Below are positions 26,483-39,700 of a stretch of 58,222 bases of DNA, in pieces. Made by a program: the position numbers and the translations under genes. The number at the start of each line of letters is the position of its first letter. Positions within the stretch are counted from its first letter, which is position 1. Source of the stretch: Hydrurus foetidus (Eukaryota); contig UYFQ01000772.1 of the NCBI GenBank assembly GCA_900617105.1, positions 1 through 58,222 on the forward strand, written 5' to 3'. The notes under the pieces are model-generated. The model made no database searches and had not been told where the DNA came from. It worked only from the letters and a program-made list of their open reading frames with translations.

Positions 26483-28079
26483 TTAGTTGCTTCCCTTATC
26501 CAGTCCAGCCCTGGGATGGGCTATCAAGGCTGACTCGATATCACCGTATCTGTGGTTGTTCTTCTTGTACCACTCAAATGTCAACTTCAACCCCTCCTCC
26601 CATGTCATTTCTTCGCGCCACCCTAGTTCAAACATGCGGTCAGAATTGATGTGATAGCGTAGGTCATTGAACACTCTGTCTTCGACAAAGGTCATCATTT
26701 CAGACACCTTTCCTTTGTATCCTGCTAATGATATGAGATCCCTCGCAACGTCAATGTTTTCTCTCTCATTTGAACCACCGATGTTATACACCACACCAAC
26801 CTTCGCTTTGAACAGAATAATCTCAAAAGCCCTTGCCACATCCTCAACAAATAAGAAGTTCCTCTTATTCGCTCCTGTGCCGTGTAGAGTCACTTTTCTG
26901 CCACGTGTCAGCTGGTTGATGAACTTAGGAATAATTTTCTCAGGATATTGGTGGGGACCGTATACATTGTTTCCTCTCGTGATTATAACGGGCATGCCGA
27001 ATGATCTGTGGTACGATTTGGCCAAGAATTCTGCTCCCGCTTTTGTTGCCGCGTAAGGATTGGTTGGTTCCAAAACCTTAGGAAACATGATGAAGTATGC
27101 ACTTATTAGATGATTTTAATGTATTAGTCGCAGGGGTTTTTGTGTCGTGATCAAACTCGTTTTTTCAGTTTCATTTTAAGTATGTTTGTTTACGTTCCTA
27201 CTTTTCCTATTAATAACGTGACTAGTTATGTCAAGAATTAAGCATGTGAAGTCACCTGTTCCTCACTCATTGCTTCTTGGTCGTTTGTCTGCTCCCCGTA
27301 CACCTCGTCCGTACTGACGTGAATGAATCGAGAAATGTTCGCCACTTTGGCTGACTCCAGAAGAACGTGCGTGCCCATGATATTGTTCTAAAGAAGAAAA
27401 AGATAGGAACTAGATGTGATAAATTGTTAGCTGACGGACAATTGATCCAAAGTGGAGTTTGAATGCAATGATAACTAGGTGCCGCTAGTTAGTTACCTGT
27501 GTGAATTGGAATGAATTGCCAAAAGAGTTGTCGACATGGGTCTGAGCAGCGAAATGCATGATAGTGTCGATTTTCTCAACCTCGAGAACATAATTGACCA
27601 ACTCTGAACTGCAAATGTTCCCTTTCACGAATTTATAGTTAGGATAGTCTTTGATCTCGCACAGATTCTCCAGACAAGAGCAATCTAGATGATCAATGTG
27701 GTCATTTCAAAATGAGAGACCTACCACTCGACGAATTTAAAGATCTATGAATAGGAAGCAGGTACTTACAGTCGAGGCGATCGAAGTTGACTATCTTAAA
27801 TTGAGGGTACTTCTTCACGAGAAGAATCACCACATGAGATGCTCTAAACAAGTAGAATATTCAGCGGTTAGGACGATGTTGACGTCAGGAAAATGTGTTG
27901 CAAATGTGTGGAGATGTAAATATTATTCAGACTAACATAAATCCAGCGCCACCAGTGACCAAAATATTCTTTGGTGTGTAGTCGCCATCAGTAAGTCCTG
28001 GAATAGATAGAAGCGTATCAGGGAAAGCGGTGGACACGACATCTTGGAATTTTCCCTCTACAACTGCAGCAGCTGACAT
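26483..28079 (-). CDS. dTDP/UDP-glucose 4,6-dehydratase (RmlB/RHM N-terminal-domain type), 5 exons
   Basis: Motifs: ILVTGGAGFI|ASH, HFAAQTHVDNSF, IHVSTDEVYG, PTNPYAATK (YxxxK), TRGNNVYGPHQYPEK, DRVFNDLRY. Confidence 0.93.
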
Positions 28080-29330
28080 GTCTCTGAAACTGACGGAATG
28101 TGTTTGTGGTAGTCTCAAAGACGAATTTATTTATGCTACCAAAGCAAATATTCCAATATTCCCCGCTGCGACCTCATCGGTGATGATGTCGATGATATTT
28201 TCTCCAATGGAATGTGCGACAAAATTTTAGAAAATCCAAAACGGAACTGGGACCGAATAAGCGAATCTTGTCAGTGAAGTACGTACGCGCTTCTCACGAT
28301 GTACAGTACACAATACACTGCGGGATGTACCGCACACTGTGCAAATTATAAGTTCGAGTTATTGAAACTGATTTTGTCTCTCAGGTACATTACAACCACT
28401 TCAAATAAAAGAATTCCCATTTTCTGTTCCTAAAGTTCTTGTGACAACATAATATGACACGTACATACGATACGGACGAAGAATAGGAGCTGTATTGGTG
28501 GCTCACATGTCCACTACTCATTTGTAGCTCTACTTTGGTCCGATCTCAGTATTCTGGTCCCATTATTTGAATCGTTTGCGAAGGCATGCGAATGAAAAGA
28601 AATTCGAATGTGTGGACATTATTAATGTCCAAAAAATTTCGTTACTACGTCATTTCATGATTCAAATTTCCTAGTTATTGTGAGATACTGTGCTATTACA
28701 TTATTTTGCTGAATAGTATTGTACTGTTCTGTGCTGTGCTGTGTTAAATAGCACTTCATTGCATAGCATGAAATTGTATTAGTACATCATGTCACACAGT
28801 GTTGTGTAGTATAGTGTAGTATCATACAATATTGAATTGAAGTTCATCGTGTGGTGTTATGAGGTGCAAAGGATGTGCAGTTGTACGTGCTGTCGGAACT
28901 ATGTACTTACACAAAGAAATACTGGTTACCACTACAACTAAAACATATCACGTACGTAAATTTGATCAATTTTACGTATTCAATCAGGTGAGTGTGAAAG
29001 TGCGGAATTTTTGTATCCACGTGCATTTAATACAGAATATAAATCACTATGAACAAATTTACACATATACGAAATAGTTCAGAGTTATGCTCATTAACAA
29101 TTGCGAAAGAAAACTTTTCACTTCAATTAGCACCTAAAACTAGATGTCAATATAATGACCAAATTCCAGTAAAATTAAATTTCCAATTCTGATCGTTTCC
29201 AATAGTGGCACAAAAATTTGATAAGCATATTTTTATACGGTATTATTCCTGACTCCTTTTCTCCCATCCGTTTTGGGTTTTCAAGTTTTGGGTTTTGGAT
29301 TTTTAGATTTTCAATTTTTCTTTTTGAGAT

Positions 29331-30675
29331 TTACCACAAGGGACACCACCCTTGAAATAATTGACAAAGATTTTCCACTGAAGAAGCTTCCTGAATCAGT
29401 CTAGGAACGTAAATAGTATTACATTAGCATGATTTAGTGATTGAAGTGACTTGTGTTTTTTCAAACTTTCGAGTTCTCTATTCTTCTCCCTCTATAATGA
29501 CATCTCCTCTTACGTCCTCCTTCTATGCCTTTCTCTTCTTCTCCCTCATATTCTTTTCCTTATTCTTCACTCATCACTCGTGTACTACACTACAATAAGA
29601 CACACGTCATGCCCCTATGTGTATCATCCATCTCCACGCACACATGTATCCTTAACCTATTTCTACCCTAGAGTGTAATGAATAATAGATGCTTACCCCC
29701 ACACAAAATTATGCGGAGATGGCACATTTACATCTCTCCCGCCTATCCTCTCCACCCCTACTTCCTCACACACTTCACACATCTCCCACCTGTCGACTTG
29801 TTGCTCTACTGTGAGATAGTCCTCTTCGTCCGATGGTGACGTGGCGAAATCTCTTCCCGTTAGTTTCGCTTGAACCCGGGTAATCACCTCCAAAGCTCTG
29901 AGGTTAGGAAAGAGAGGGAAGAGAAAGAGAGGGAAGAGAAAGAAAAATTAAAGTTAGGAAATTTATGTGAAGAGTTAGAAACACGAAGACCCAGACAGTG
30001 ACGAATTCGAACAAGATGCCATAAAAATGGTAGATCGCCACTCAAAAGAGAATACACAATGTCAGCCATAAGTCTTCAAAGCAGAACATTCCTAACACCA
30101 CTCTTCTCACCTCGCATTAAGATCCTGTGTGGGCTCCTCTCCCTCCCCAATCGCAACGTCAAGAATAACTTTGTTTATTCTTCTGTTCTTGCCGTCTAGC
30201 AGGGAGGCGGAGATGTTCGCGTTGGGGAGGGTTCGGCCTCCGGGTAGTGTCCTTCCTCCGAGACGGTCATCAGAGGGGTCTGCGGGTGGGGTGGGGTGGA
30301 GTGGAGTGGAAGGGGGTGGGATGAGGTGAGGCGTTGTGTGGTGTGGTGTGGTGAGGTGATATGTAATTTAATATGGCGTTGCCTACTCTTGCTCGTAGAG
30401 AGAAAGAGAGAGAAAAATGGAGCACTGTTTGAATGGTGATGAGGAGCAGTACACTGCTGTTGCATTGCAGATGATGTCTGAAGTAGCAGAGTGTTCGGGA
30501 ATAATATTTCGGGCACGCAGTTGACACGGAAAAGAAAAGAACGAAAATAGATGAGAAGCACAAAACGTTAGGAGAAGAAAAAAACAGAACAGAGTGGGCA
30601 ACACAAAAGCAAATTGAATCTAAGCTGCCCAGTGAAACACAGATTTATGAAGGCACATGAATCATTTAAACACTT

Positions 30676-30725
<50 letters not shown>

Positions 30726-33700
30726 CTATTTAGCTGGATAGATATTAGTATTATTCCCTTCTAATGACACTTCACAACACAAAATACACATCCACACTCA
30801 TCCGCACCTTCATCTCCTCCACCCAGCAGAGCACTAGCACCCATCATCCCTCCGTTATTGTCCATCTGAGAATCGTCCAACACCATTCCTAGGGTGAGAC
30901 TCATGGCGACCTGACCCTTCATGTCGGATAGAGAAGAGGGAATGCTGATCATTCCTTCACCTAGTAGGACAGGGAACGGGAGAAAACAGAGGAAGGAAAA
31001 GGAGTGAGAAGATGTGAGGAAGAGAGAGGAAGAGGGAAGAAGAGTGAAGAAGGAGGGAAAATGAAGAAAGAGTAGAAGAAAGGAAGGATAAAAGGGAGAG
31101 AAAAAAAATGAAAATACATGGGGAGAATAGAAAGTAAAGACGGGTACAAAAAAAAAGGTAACGATAGAAATGTGGCATTTAAAATCAACGACTGAGTGAT
31201 ATTGCTGAAGGAGCGAAGTAGAGCTGTAGGAAAATGGTGTGAAGTTTAATAGAGTACATCACCAATTATACAACACTGCATAAAAAGCAAGAAAAGTGTG
31301 AAATGTCTGTCATTCACTAGAGTCGATAACCAGAAGAAGAGAATACTCTGCACAAATCATCCCCTGACTGCAGGACACAATTCCACTGATCAAATAATTG
31401 ATTCAAAGATAAAATAACAAATTAAAATCCAATACGAGAAATCAGAACATACGTACGCACCGGCTGCTCTCCCCAAAGGGACTGTCGAGTCTAGAGCGGT
31501 TTCGTTTTCTCTCCTAGTGAGCAGTCTCCAGGAGATGAGGGGGTCGTATACGAAAGCTTCTAACATGGCCATCACGCTGTCTCGGTTGTCCCTCATCACC
31601 CTCATGACCTACAGGGGAGAAGAGAGGAGATAGCGGAAGGAGAAAGAAGTAATGATGGTGATGGTGATGATGACAATGATGATGTTAGCGAGTAGTCTGT
31701 ACAGCTCTAACAAGCCGTGTTTGGGAGTATATCCATGCGCAACAATGGTAAATTAATAGAGATTTATGCAGTGCAATAAAAGCAATTTAACATCTCTCAC
31801 CTTCTCGCAAGTAAGTCGGTATGTCCCTGCTATCCCCGTATGTCCCATAGCAGCGGTCATCATTCTGGTCAGTCTGAAAGGGACGATCTCGGGGTATTTG
31901 GACCGCTGTTTCGTGATTTCAAAGCAGTCTCCGAAGTCGATATGCACCACTCTGCCAGACACTCTTTCGAGCATCAGGTTGGAAGGGTGTCTGTCGCCTA
32001 GGCCGAGGATGTATCCTGCCATTGACATCACACCGTTGCTCTTCGTGAAGTTGGCTCTGTGGGTGTGTGGGAGTGGGAGTGGGAGTGGAAGTGGGAGCGG
32101 GGTGGGAGTGGGAGTGGTGAGTAGTGCGTTGTGTTGTGTTGGAAATAATGTTTTTTTTTTCTTTAATACGATGAATCCTTCACGTCTATTTCAGATTCAT
32201 ACGAAATTGCATTGATAAAATAGTATAAATACAATGTACGGTTCTGCATGGCAACGAATGTGACAAAAAGCAAGAATAATAAAATATTAAAATTTAATGA
32301 ATTAAAAAGATAATCATCATGTTAAACAAACAATAAATGGTATACACACAACTCGTAAGTACGTCATGATTATTTGGTACGTGCCTTCTCTCAACCCACA
32401 CGTCAGCTGTTTTCGATTTCAGCCACAACATCTTCGCCAGATCTTGACCTGAAGGGATTTTCGTTTTTGTTACATTATAATTAATCTAGGTCAGACAAAA
32501 AACAGTGTATGAATACGGAATAGATAAGAATAGAGATAGTCGATTGATGAATATCGTTATTAAGTGCACGCTTAATCAAATGTCAAATTCTTCTCGACAG
32601 TGAATTTATTACGACTGTTTAATTCAATATCGGGCATCTCGAGCAATTTCTGATCGGACAGCAAGATAAGACAGCAAGACATAGATGGATAGAGCACACC
32701 ATTAAATATACAGATGAATGACAAATCAATAAATAGACAATAAATAATTCAACAAGCAACACATGCATTCAATAAATATCAAGACACATTGTGAAGGAAT
32801 AAGGAGTGGTGCAATCAAGTGAGCGATAATCGTGTTCACTGAATAGACAAGACACACATGACATGACGTACCTGTCGTTTCTTCCAACACTTGTCTAAAT
32901 ATCTCCACTTTATTCAGTAACGGCAATTTATCGTGATTTAACGATTTCGTCTGCAGCAATTTAACTTCAATACCTAGTCTCATATCGCGCGATTCCCTGT
33001 ATTGCTTGACTAATTGATTCAAGGTGTCGCAATTCTCAACCCATCCGATCACACCTGAGTTGTTGGATAAAGGCATCACAGAATATCTAACAATACCAAA
33101 TCCCTTGCTACCGGTCCCCCTGTCATTATCTAGACACACGTTGATCAATCCGAACAGTTGCATGACCCTTTCGTCTTGTCGTAGATCTTCATGTCCTTTT
33201 AATAGGAACTGATAGTTCGTTCCATCCGATCCCAACATTGCCATTCTTCTCGGTCGTTGTTTTGAAGGTATAACTTCAATACTCGCAGAAAAGCCGGATA
33301 TACTAATTACGGTACCAAACGGCTTATATGTACCGGGCACGGCTAATCTCAAGCCCACTGCACTGATCAATGCAGGGGATACATGATGTAATTCCACTTT
33401 TTTAAATGATTTTATTTGTGCTTTTATTTTTTTGAATACGATTTGATAGATTTCCCACGCTTGATGTAAGTCTGTCGTTCTCTTACTTCTTCGGAACATT
33501 TCCAGCCAGTCTAATGCCTCTGCTAGAGGTCTGCCATAACTATGTCGAAATGATACGTCACGTAAAGTAGTGTGTCCGACTTGTCCTAACACCTCTGAGA
33601 ATCCTACTTGAATCTTACTGTCCGTCACCGTTATTGATTCATTCATTGTATCGTGAATTTCTGTGAGTGTTTCCAACATCCCATTGATGTCTCTACTTTC

Positions 33701-36700
33701 CATATATTGCTGTGCAGCTTTTTCAAGACCATCATGCCACAACTCATGTGGCGTAATAGCTACCCTCATTAATTCCCTCGATACCATAGTGGCTTCCTCC
33801 ACCAATTGTGATCTTCTTTTTCTCATTTCGTTTAACACTTCTGTTGCCATCACTTTAGGTTGTTTATCGTGGGTATTTAATGCAACTGATATAGGACACA
33901 CCAGTGCCTGTGGGTGTGTCGCTGCAACACGGATCAACAGCTTACGTAATAGTACAGCTATTTGGGGTGCACGTACGTGCATACGTGCGATGAGTTGAGG
34001 TACCACACTCAGCCAGGTGTCAGGTGTCACTTGGTCAAGCTCTCCGGTTAATATTTGATATACACCTAATGGGAATGTAGTGGATTAGATGCTGATTTCC
34101 ATATTTTAGACGAGGATAGAATAGACTGCTAGATAGGGTAGGGTGGGGTAGGGTAGGGTGGATGGGGTAGGATAGGGTAGGGTAGGGTAGGGTAGGGTAG
34201 GGTAGGGTAGGGTAGGGTAGGGTAGGGTAGGGTAGGGTAGGGTAGGGTAGGGTAGGGTAGGGTAGGGTAGGGTAAGGTAGGAAAAGGAAGTAATTGGGGA
34301 GAGAAGTGTATTATCAGAGCTAAATAAATGTCACTTCAAATATGCAAATTAGACTTGGAAAATTTCCATTCCCCTCTTTGCAATCGGATTATACACTGTA
34401 AGCACGAGACACTTATTGCTACTGTGGTGATACAATATTTGCCAGATGTGAACTACATTACCACCCAGTCACACAGTAGTCTGCCTGATAAGACACTGCT
34501 GATTAGTGGTTTCCATTTTACGTGTAGAGTTTAATATTTTCGCGCAATATCTTCAAACGCGTAGAAGTCAAATAAACTTTACATCACACATGAGAAAATC
34601 AAATTCAATGTACATGAATACTACGACGTTGTACTGTTCTGATATGTAATAAACTGTACCTACGCGTACTGTAACGTAACGTACCTTCTTTGGTACCGTA
34701 GCTGAACCACAGGGTGATCAGTCTCAACGTGTCTTGCAGAATGTTCGCTACTGGCTGACCAGCACCGAGTACAATAGAACGTACAAATCCTGAGGATATA
34801 CGGTGATTGTCAGGTGATAATGTTATTGTATTTTTAATGCGTGTGTTGCGTTTTATGTCAGATGAGTTGGGAGTAGGGAAGGAGTCGCAGAGAAAGGGTG
34901 CAGATTAATGTTTGATGTGTGCATACGCGTGTATGAGTGCATGAACGTACGTTAGCCTGCCAGTCAGTCAGTGAGTGAGTGAGTGAGTGAGTGAGTCAGT
35001 CAGTCAGTCAGTCAGTCAGTCAGTCAATCAATTAGTCACTCCCTCGCTCACTCCCTCACTGATAACACCACTCCCCACACATCACGTACCTTTAATGGCC
35101 TCCACAATGTAGGGGGTGACCTGATCCATGGCCATGCCGTGCAGCCTCCTTCCGTTCAGGTGATTGGCGAGAGAGGCAGTATCGTTGAAGGAAGCAGTGA
35201 ACTTGGAACTCTTCGTGCTGTTTGTTTGAGTCCTGTGAAAGGAAAGAAAAAATGAAAAATGAAAATAAATGTATTGAAGATAGAAAATAATATAATAAAT
35301 AATGATAAAAAGAAGTCATAAAAATAGTAGGGGGAAATTGAGGAAGAAAATGAAAAAGGAGTATAAAAAATGTAATTGGAAGGTGGGGAAAAGATGAAAC
35401 TGGTAGAGTAGAGAGTGATGAAAAGGAACGAAAATGAAAGTGGAGGGGAAGGGTGCGAATGAGAGTCGAATCAAAAAGAGCGGTGTAGAGATGAGATGAG
35501 AAGCGAAGAGAGGAGGAGGGTAGAGTAACACAAGAAGCAACGCGAAGAGAAGTACGTGTAGGGAGGATGACGAAATTGGATTGTACCGGTGTGGACGTAC
35601 GCACAAGAATAGATTATCAGAGATGACATCAACAAAAAGTAAGAAGAAACATCAATATTTGACATGAGACTGGTTCGTCAGGAAATCTTCAAAATCAAAA
35701 TCAAAATCAAAGTCAAAGTCAAATTCATAAACAGCAGCATCTGGCAAATGTTTTCAACATTCTTACCGTAAGAAAGAAGATAATCCCAACGAACTCATCA
35801 ATCCATCAGGAGGTGTTAGGCTTCTTTTCGTTTCGCTACGCGGTAATTTGTTCTTCATAGCGGAAGCCATGGGAGACGTTGTGAGGATTTCGGGTAGCAT
35901 ATCTTCGAGCAGGGCTTTCTCTTCTTCTGCTTCCGCGTCTGTGGTAAGGAGAGGGGGGGGGAAGGGGGGAGAAGGTGGGGAGAAAGGGGGGAGCAAGGGG
36001 GGAGAAGGTGGAAAGAAAGGGGGGAGGAGTAAGTGTGTTTGTAAAGATGTGGATTTATGTGGGGGGAAGGGGGGAAAGTTAGAGAGCGTCTGTGTAGTGA
36101 CGCGTTGGTAGGAGAGAGTACGTGCGAGCAAGAGAGGATGTTGCTTTTAGCGTCCAATAGCGCAAATCAGCGTGATTAGGTGACAGACTGGGAGAGTGAG
36201 TGAGTGAGTGAGTGAGATAGAGAACGCGTTACAATTCCGTTGTGTGCAGAACGTGAACGAAAATACCCATCTCTTCAAATGATAAAAAAGTTATATAATG
36301 ATCATATAAAAACGTGTGCCACGTAGAGAACGCCAACATTTGCGCAAATACTATCGCACGTACCCAGTTTCTTGAGTTGATCGTAGTTGGTGACTGCCCA
36401 CGCGTGCCAGACTGAGTAGTGGTCCGGGACCAGCTCTCTACGGGATTGGAAATTCCGAGCATAGGGTGGGAGAAGGGGGCAGGGGTGGATGATGAGATAT
36501 TAGAGGAGATGGAAATGATGGAGTGAGTGAGTGAGTGCTTTGGGGAATGTACAGTTGGAGGAGGAAGGAATACGAGTAGTAGGATGAAGGGCAGGCAGAA
36601 TGTGATTGAAATGCCTATTCAACGAACAGGCAATTTGGCAGACACACAGACAGGCAAAGAGACAGACGGACAGATATAAATAAACACTGACAGACAGGAA

Positions 36701-39700
36701 GACAAATAACAAAAAACAAAAAAGAAGAAAGCCATGAACAATAGAGCAGCCAGGCAAACGGAAATGCAATAGGCAAGAAGACGCTTCTCTTCTCTTCTCT
36801 CCTTTTCTCTCCTCTCCTCTCCTCCACTCACCTGGCTTCCATGACGGTTTCCAGCACATCTATGAGGGGACAAGCGGCGTCTCTCATCCACTCCGCTTTC
36901 TTCAACAAGCACTGCACTCTGAACGTTTTTTCGTCATATCCTTGGGATCCTGAGTTGAGGGAAATACGTAGGAGAATAATGTGTTAAATGAGGTCAAGAA
37001 AAGAGATGCGTAAAATGGTATAGTTAGAGCATAGAAACAGAAAGGAATAAGAATAAGATTAAGAATGAGGATAAGAATACAATTCAGAGGAGTTCTTTGC
37101 ACTACTTTATTAGTACTTAACTCTACAGTGCAATATGCGCGATGTGCAGTGTGCAAGCAATTTGATAATAATGAAGCCATTCAATGCACTGTAAGATTTT
37201 AATAACACGCCTAATAAATCAAGTAAAACAGATTCAAAGAAGGAAGTGTAATAATGAACATGAAATATATAAGTACAGATGTGACAGGAAAAGATCTTGG
37301 GTCAGGGAAATGAAATATTGAAATAGTGCATGCAGGAATTGTAATCGTTTTCAGAAGACATTTATCATTCCTCAGTCCCTTTCATTGAACGGATAGATGG
37401 GGGGGGGGGGGAATGAAACAAGGGAGAAAGCGTCAGTATACAATAACACCATCCGAGTGAAAGAAGAAGCATGCTGTTCAAGTTGATAGCATTTATGCAG
37501 AAGAAATAAGGCAGAAGTGGTACAATTGCTATAAGATGTATTCTGTATTCTGTATACATACATGTATTAGCTAGGTCGTTAATTATCACCTGCAAATAAA
37601 TTTGAGGGGACTATAGGATCGCCTTTCCCCATAGGGCCGTGATTATCTTTGTTGCTTTTTTCCGTAAAATTGTTCAATGACGATTGCGACTCTAACGAAT
37701 TTATATAATCCGTTATTCCAGCTAATGCCCTTGCCTTCTCTCCACTACACCACCAATACTTGTGAGTTGCTAACACTACTCTCGGATTTACTTTACTGTG
37801 TAGCATAGAGTTGATGCACAGAGGCGGAGGGTTTGACTGAAGATTGGGCATGCTTGTGCTGGTACTCATCATGCTTGTAGTGCTACCCGTGAGACTCATA
37901 TTCATCAGCGCCTGCGAGTCTCTCGACATATTCAACATCATTTGAGAGTCTCTCGATAGGCTGTTTAGACTGGTGCACGCAGTGGCCTTAACCGGTATTG
38001 GGGCCCCAAGTTGTCGTAGGAGATTCTCACAGAGGGAGAACATGTTTTCTTTTCTGCAGAGGGTTACGAGTTCAAGCCAGCTGTCGAGGTCTTCGGTGGG
38101 ATCGGCTACTAAGGTACGCACAGCCTATAGGGGAAGGGATAGGAGAAGGGGAGGGTAAGGGGGAAGGGGAAGGAAAGGTAAAGGAAGGTAAACGAGAAGG
38201 AAAGGAAAGGAAGGAAGGAAGGAAAAGGAAGGAAGGAAGGAAAGGAAGGAAGGAAGGAAGGAAAGGAAGGGAAAGGAAGGAAGAAGGAAGGAAGGAAGAA
38301 GGGGAAGGAAAGGAAGGAAGGAATGAAATGAACATAAGGAACAATTTAAAGTCGGAGAAGGTGATAGTAAGGTATATTGAAAATGACGTAAGCCAACATG
38401 AAAATACATGACGTAGCATCACACAATATAGCATCGTATAACAGTATGATACATAACGAGAAATAGCTATACTGCTACTACATGTAATTACAAGTACGTA
38501 CGTACCAGTATTTGTCGGAACACGTCTACTTCCTTCGGAGCCCATTGAAGCCGCCCTCTCCACTTCCGGATAAGGGTCGTCTTGGCGGCACTGCGAATAT
38601 AGGGAGAGGTAAAGGTAGAGAATGGGGAGTGAAAAAATGAGGATGGAGAGGAGTGAGATGATGATTATTTGTTGAAGACAAGACAACGTAAAAACACAAG
38701 ATTTTAGAAATGTACATCGCAAGGCTGAGTCGATTGGATTCAGGAGTTAACCAATTTTTGTGATCAGTAATAGCTGATGAAAGCTTGTAAATTTCTTCAT
38801 TCCAAGTTTTCATATTTCCATTCCGTAGCACTTTGGTAACTTCATCTCCTCTTTTAGTGTCTTTTTTATTTAAGTTTTCTTCCTTCTCTTCACTTCACTT
38901 CACTTCTCTTCTCTTCTCTTCACTTGATTTCACTTCACCATTCTTTCCTTTTACTTCGATTCATTTTCCCTCTCTCTATTTCCTCTCCTTCCTCTTCTCA
39001 CATCACCTCTCTCTATTTCCTCTCCTTCTCCCTCTTCTCACATCACCTCTCTCCATTTCCTCTTTTTCCTCTTCTCACCTCGCTTCTGAAGTCAGTACGG
39101 CTCCTTTGTTCCTAAGAATTTCTTCTGGACCCCTCCCCCCGATCATGCCGCCCCTGGGGGATGGATACAAGGACGCTGCGCCTAATAGATCACTGACCTT
39201 GCCAGATGATAAGATTTCAACCTGTTGTGTTTAAGAGGCAATCAGTTAGTCGCTTAATTGATTGATTAATCAGTCAGTCAGCTAGCGAGCTCATTCATGT
39301 TAATAATGTGGTGTAGTAGAGTAGAGTATAGCATGGGTTGTTGCAGTACAGCATAAGTGAATTCGTTTAAATTCTAAACATCGGCATCAGATGTCAAGGA
39401 TCGTGTTTACTTGCTGATCCACTTTTAATCTGGACCTACCCCCTATACACCGTACTAAAAATTGGAAACGTATGGTAAAGTTTATATATGCGAATTGTCG
39501 TGTGTAGGGGTCGGACCAGATTAAACGTGGGGCTGCAATTAAACACGATCCCTGATATATGATGACATCTCTTGTGGCTATATTAGCTGTATTGTTCCTT
39601 TAAGAGGCGTTCAACGGCATGATTTAATTAGCATATAGATGCACATCTATGATGAGCATTATTTGATGTACGAGTGCCGATCAGTTCGTGACGGAGGAAT

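Noticed and set aside
37998..38722. ORFs rich in EGRK/FLPS
   Set aside because: These are translations of intronic (GGAA)n repeats; only short parts overlap real TOR exons.
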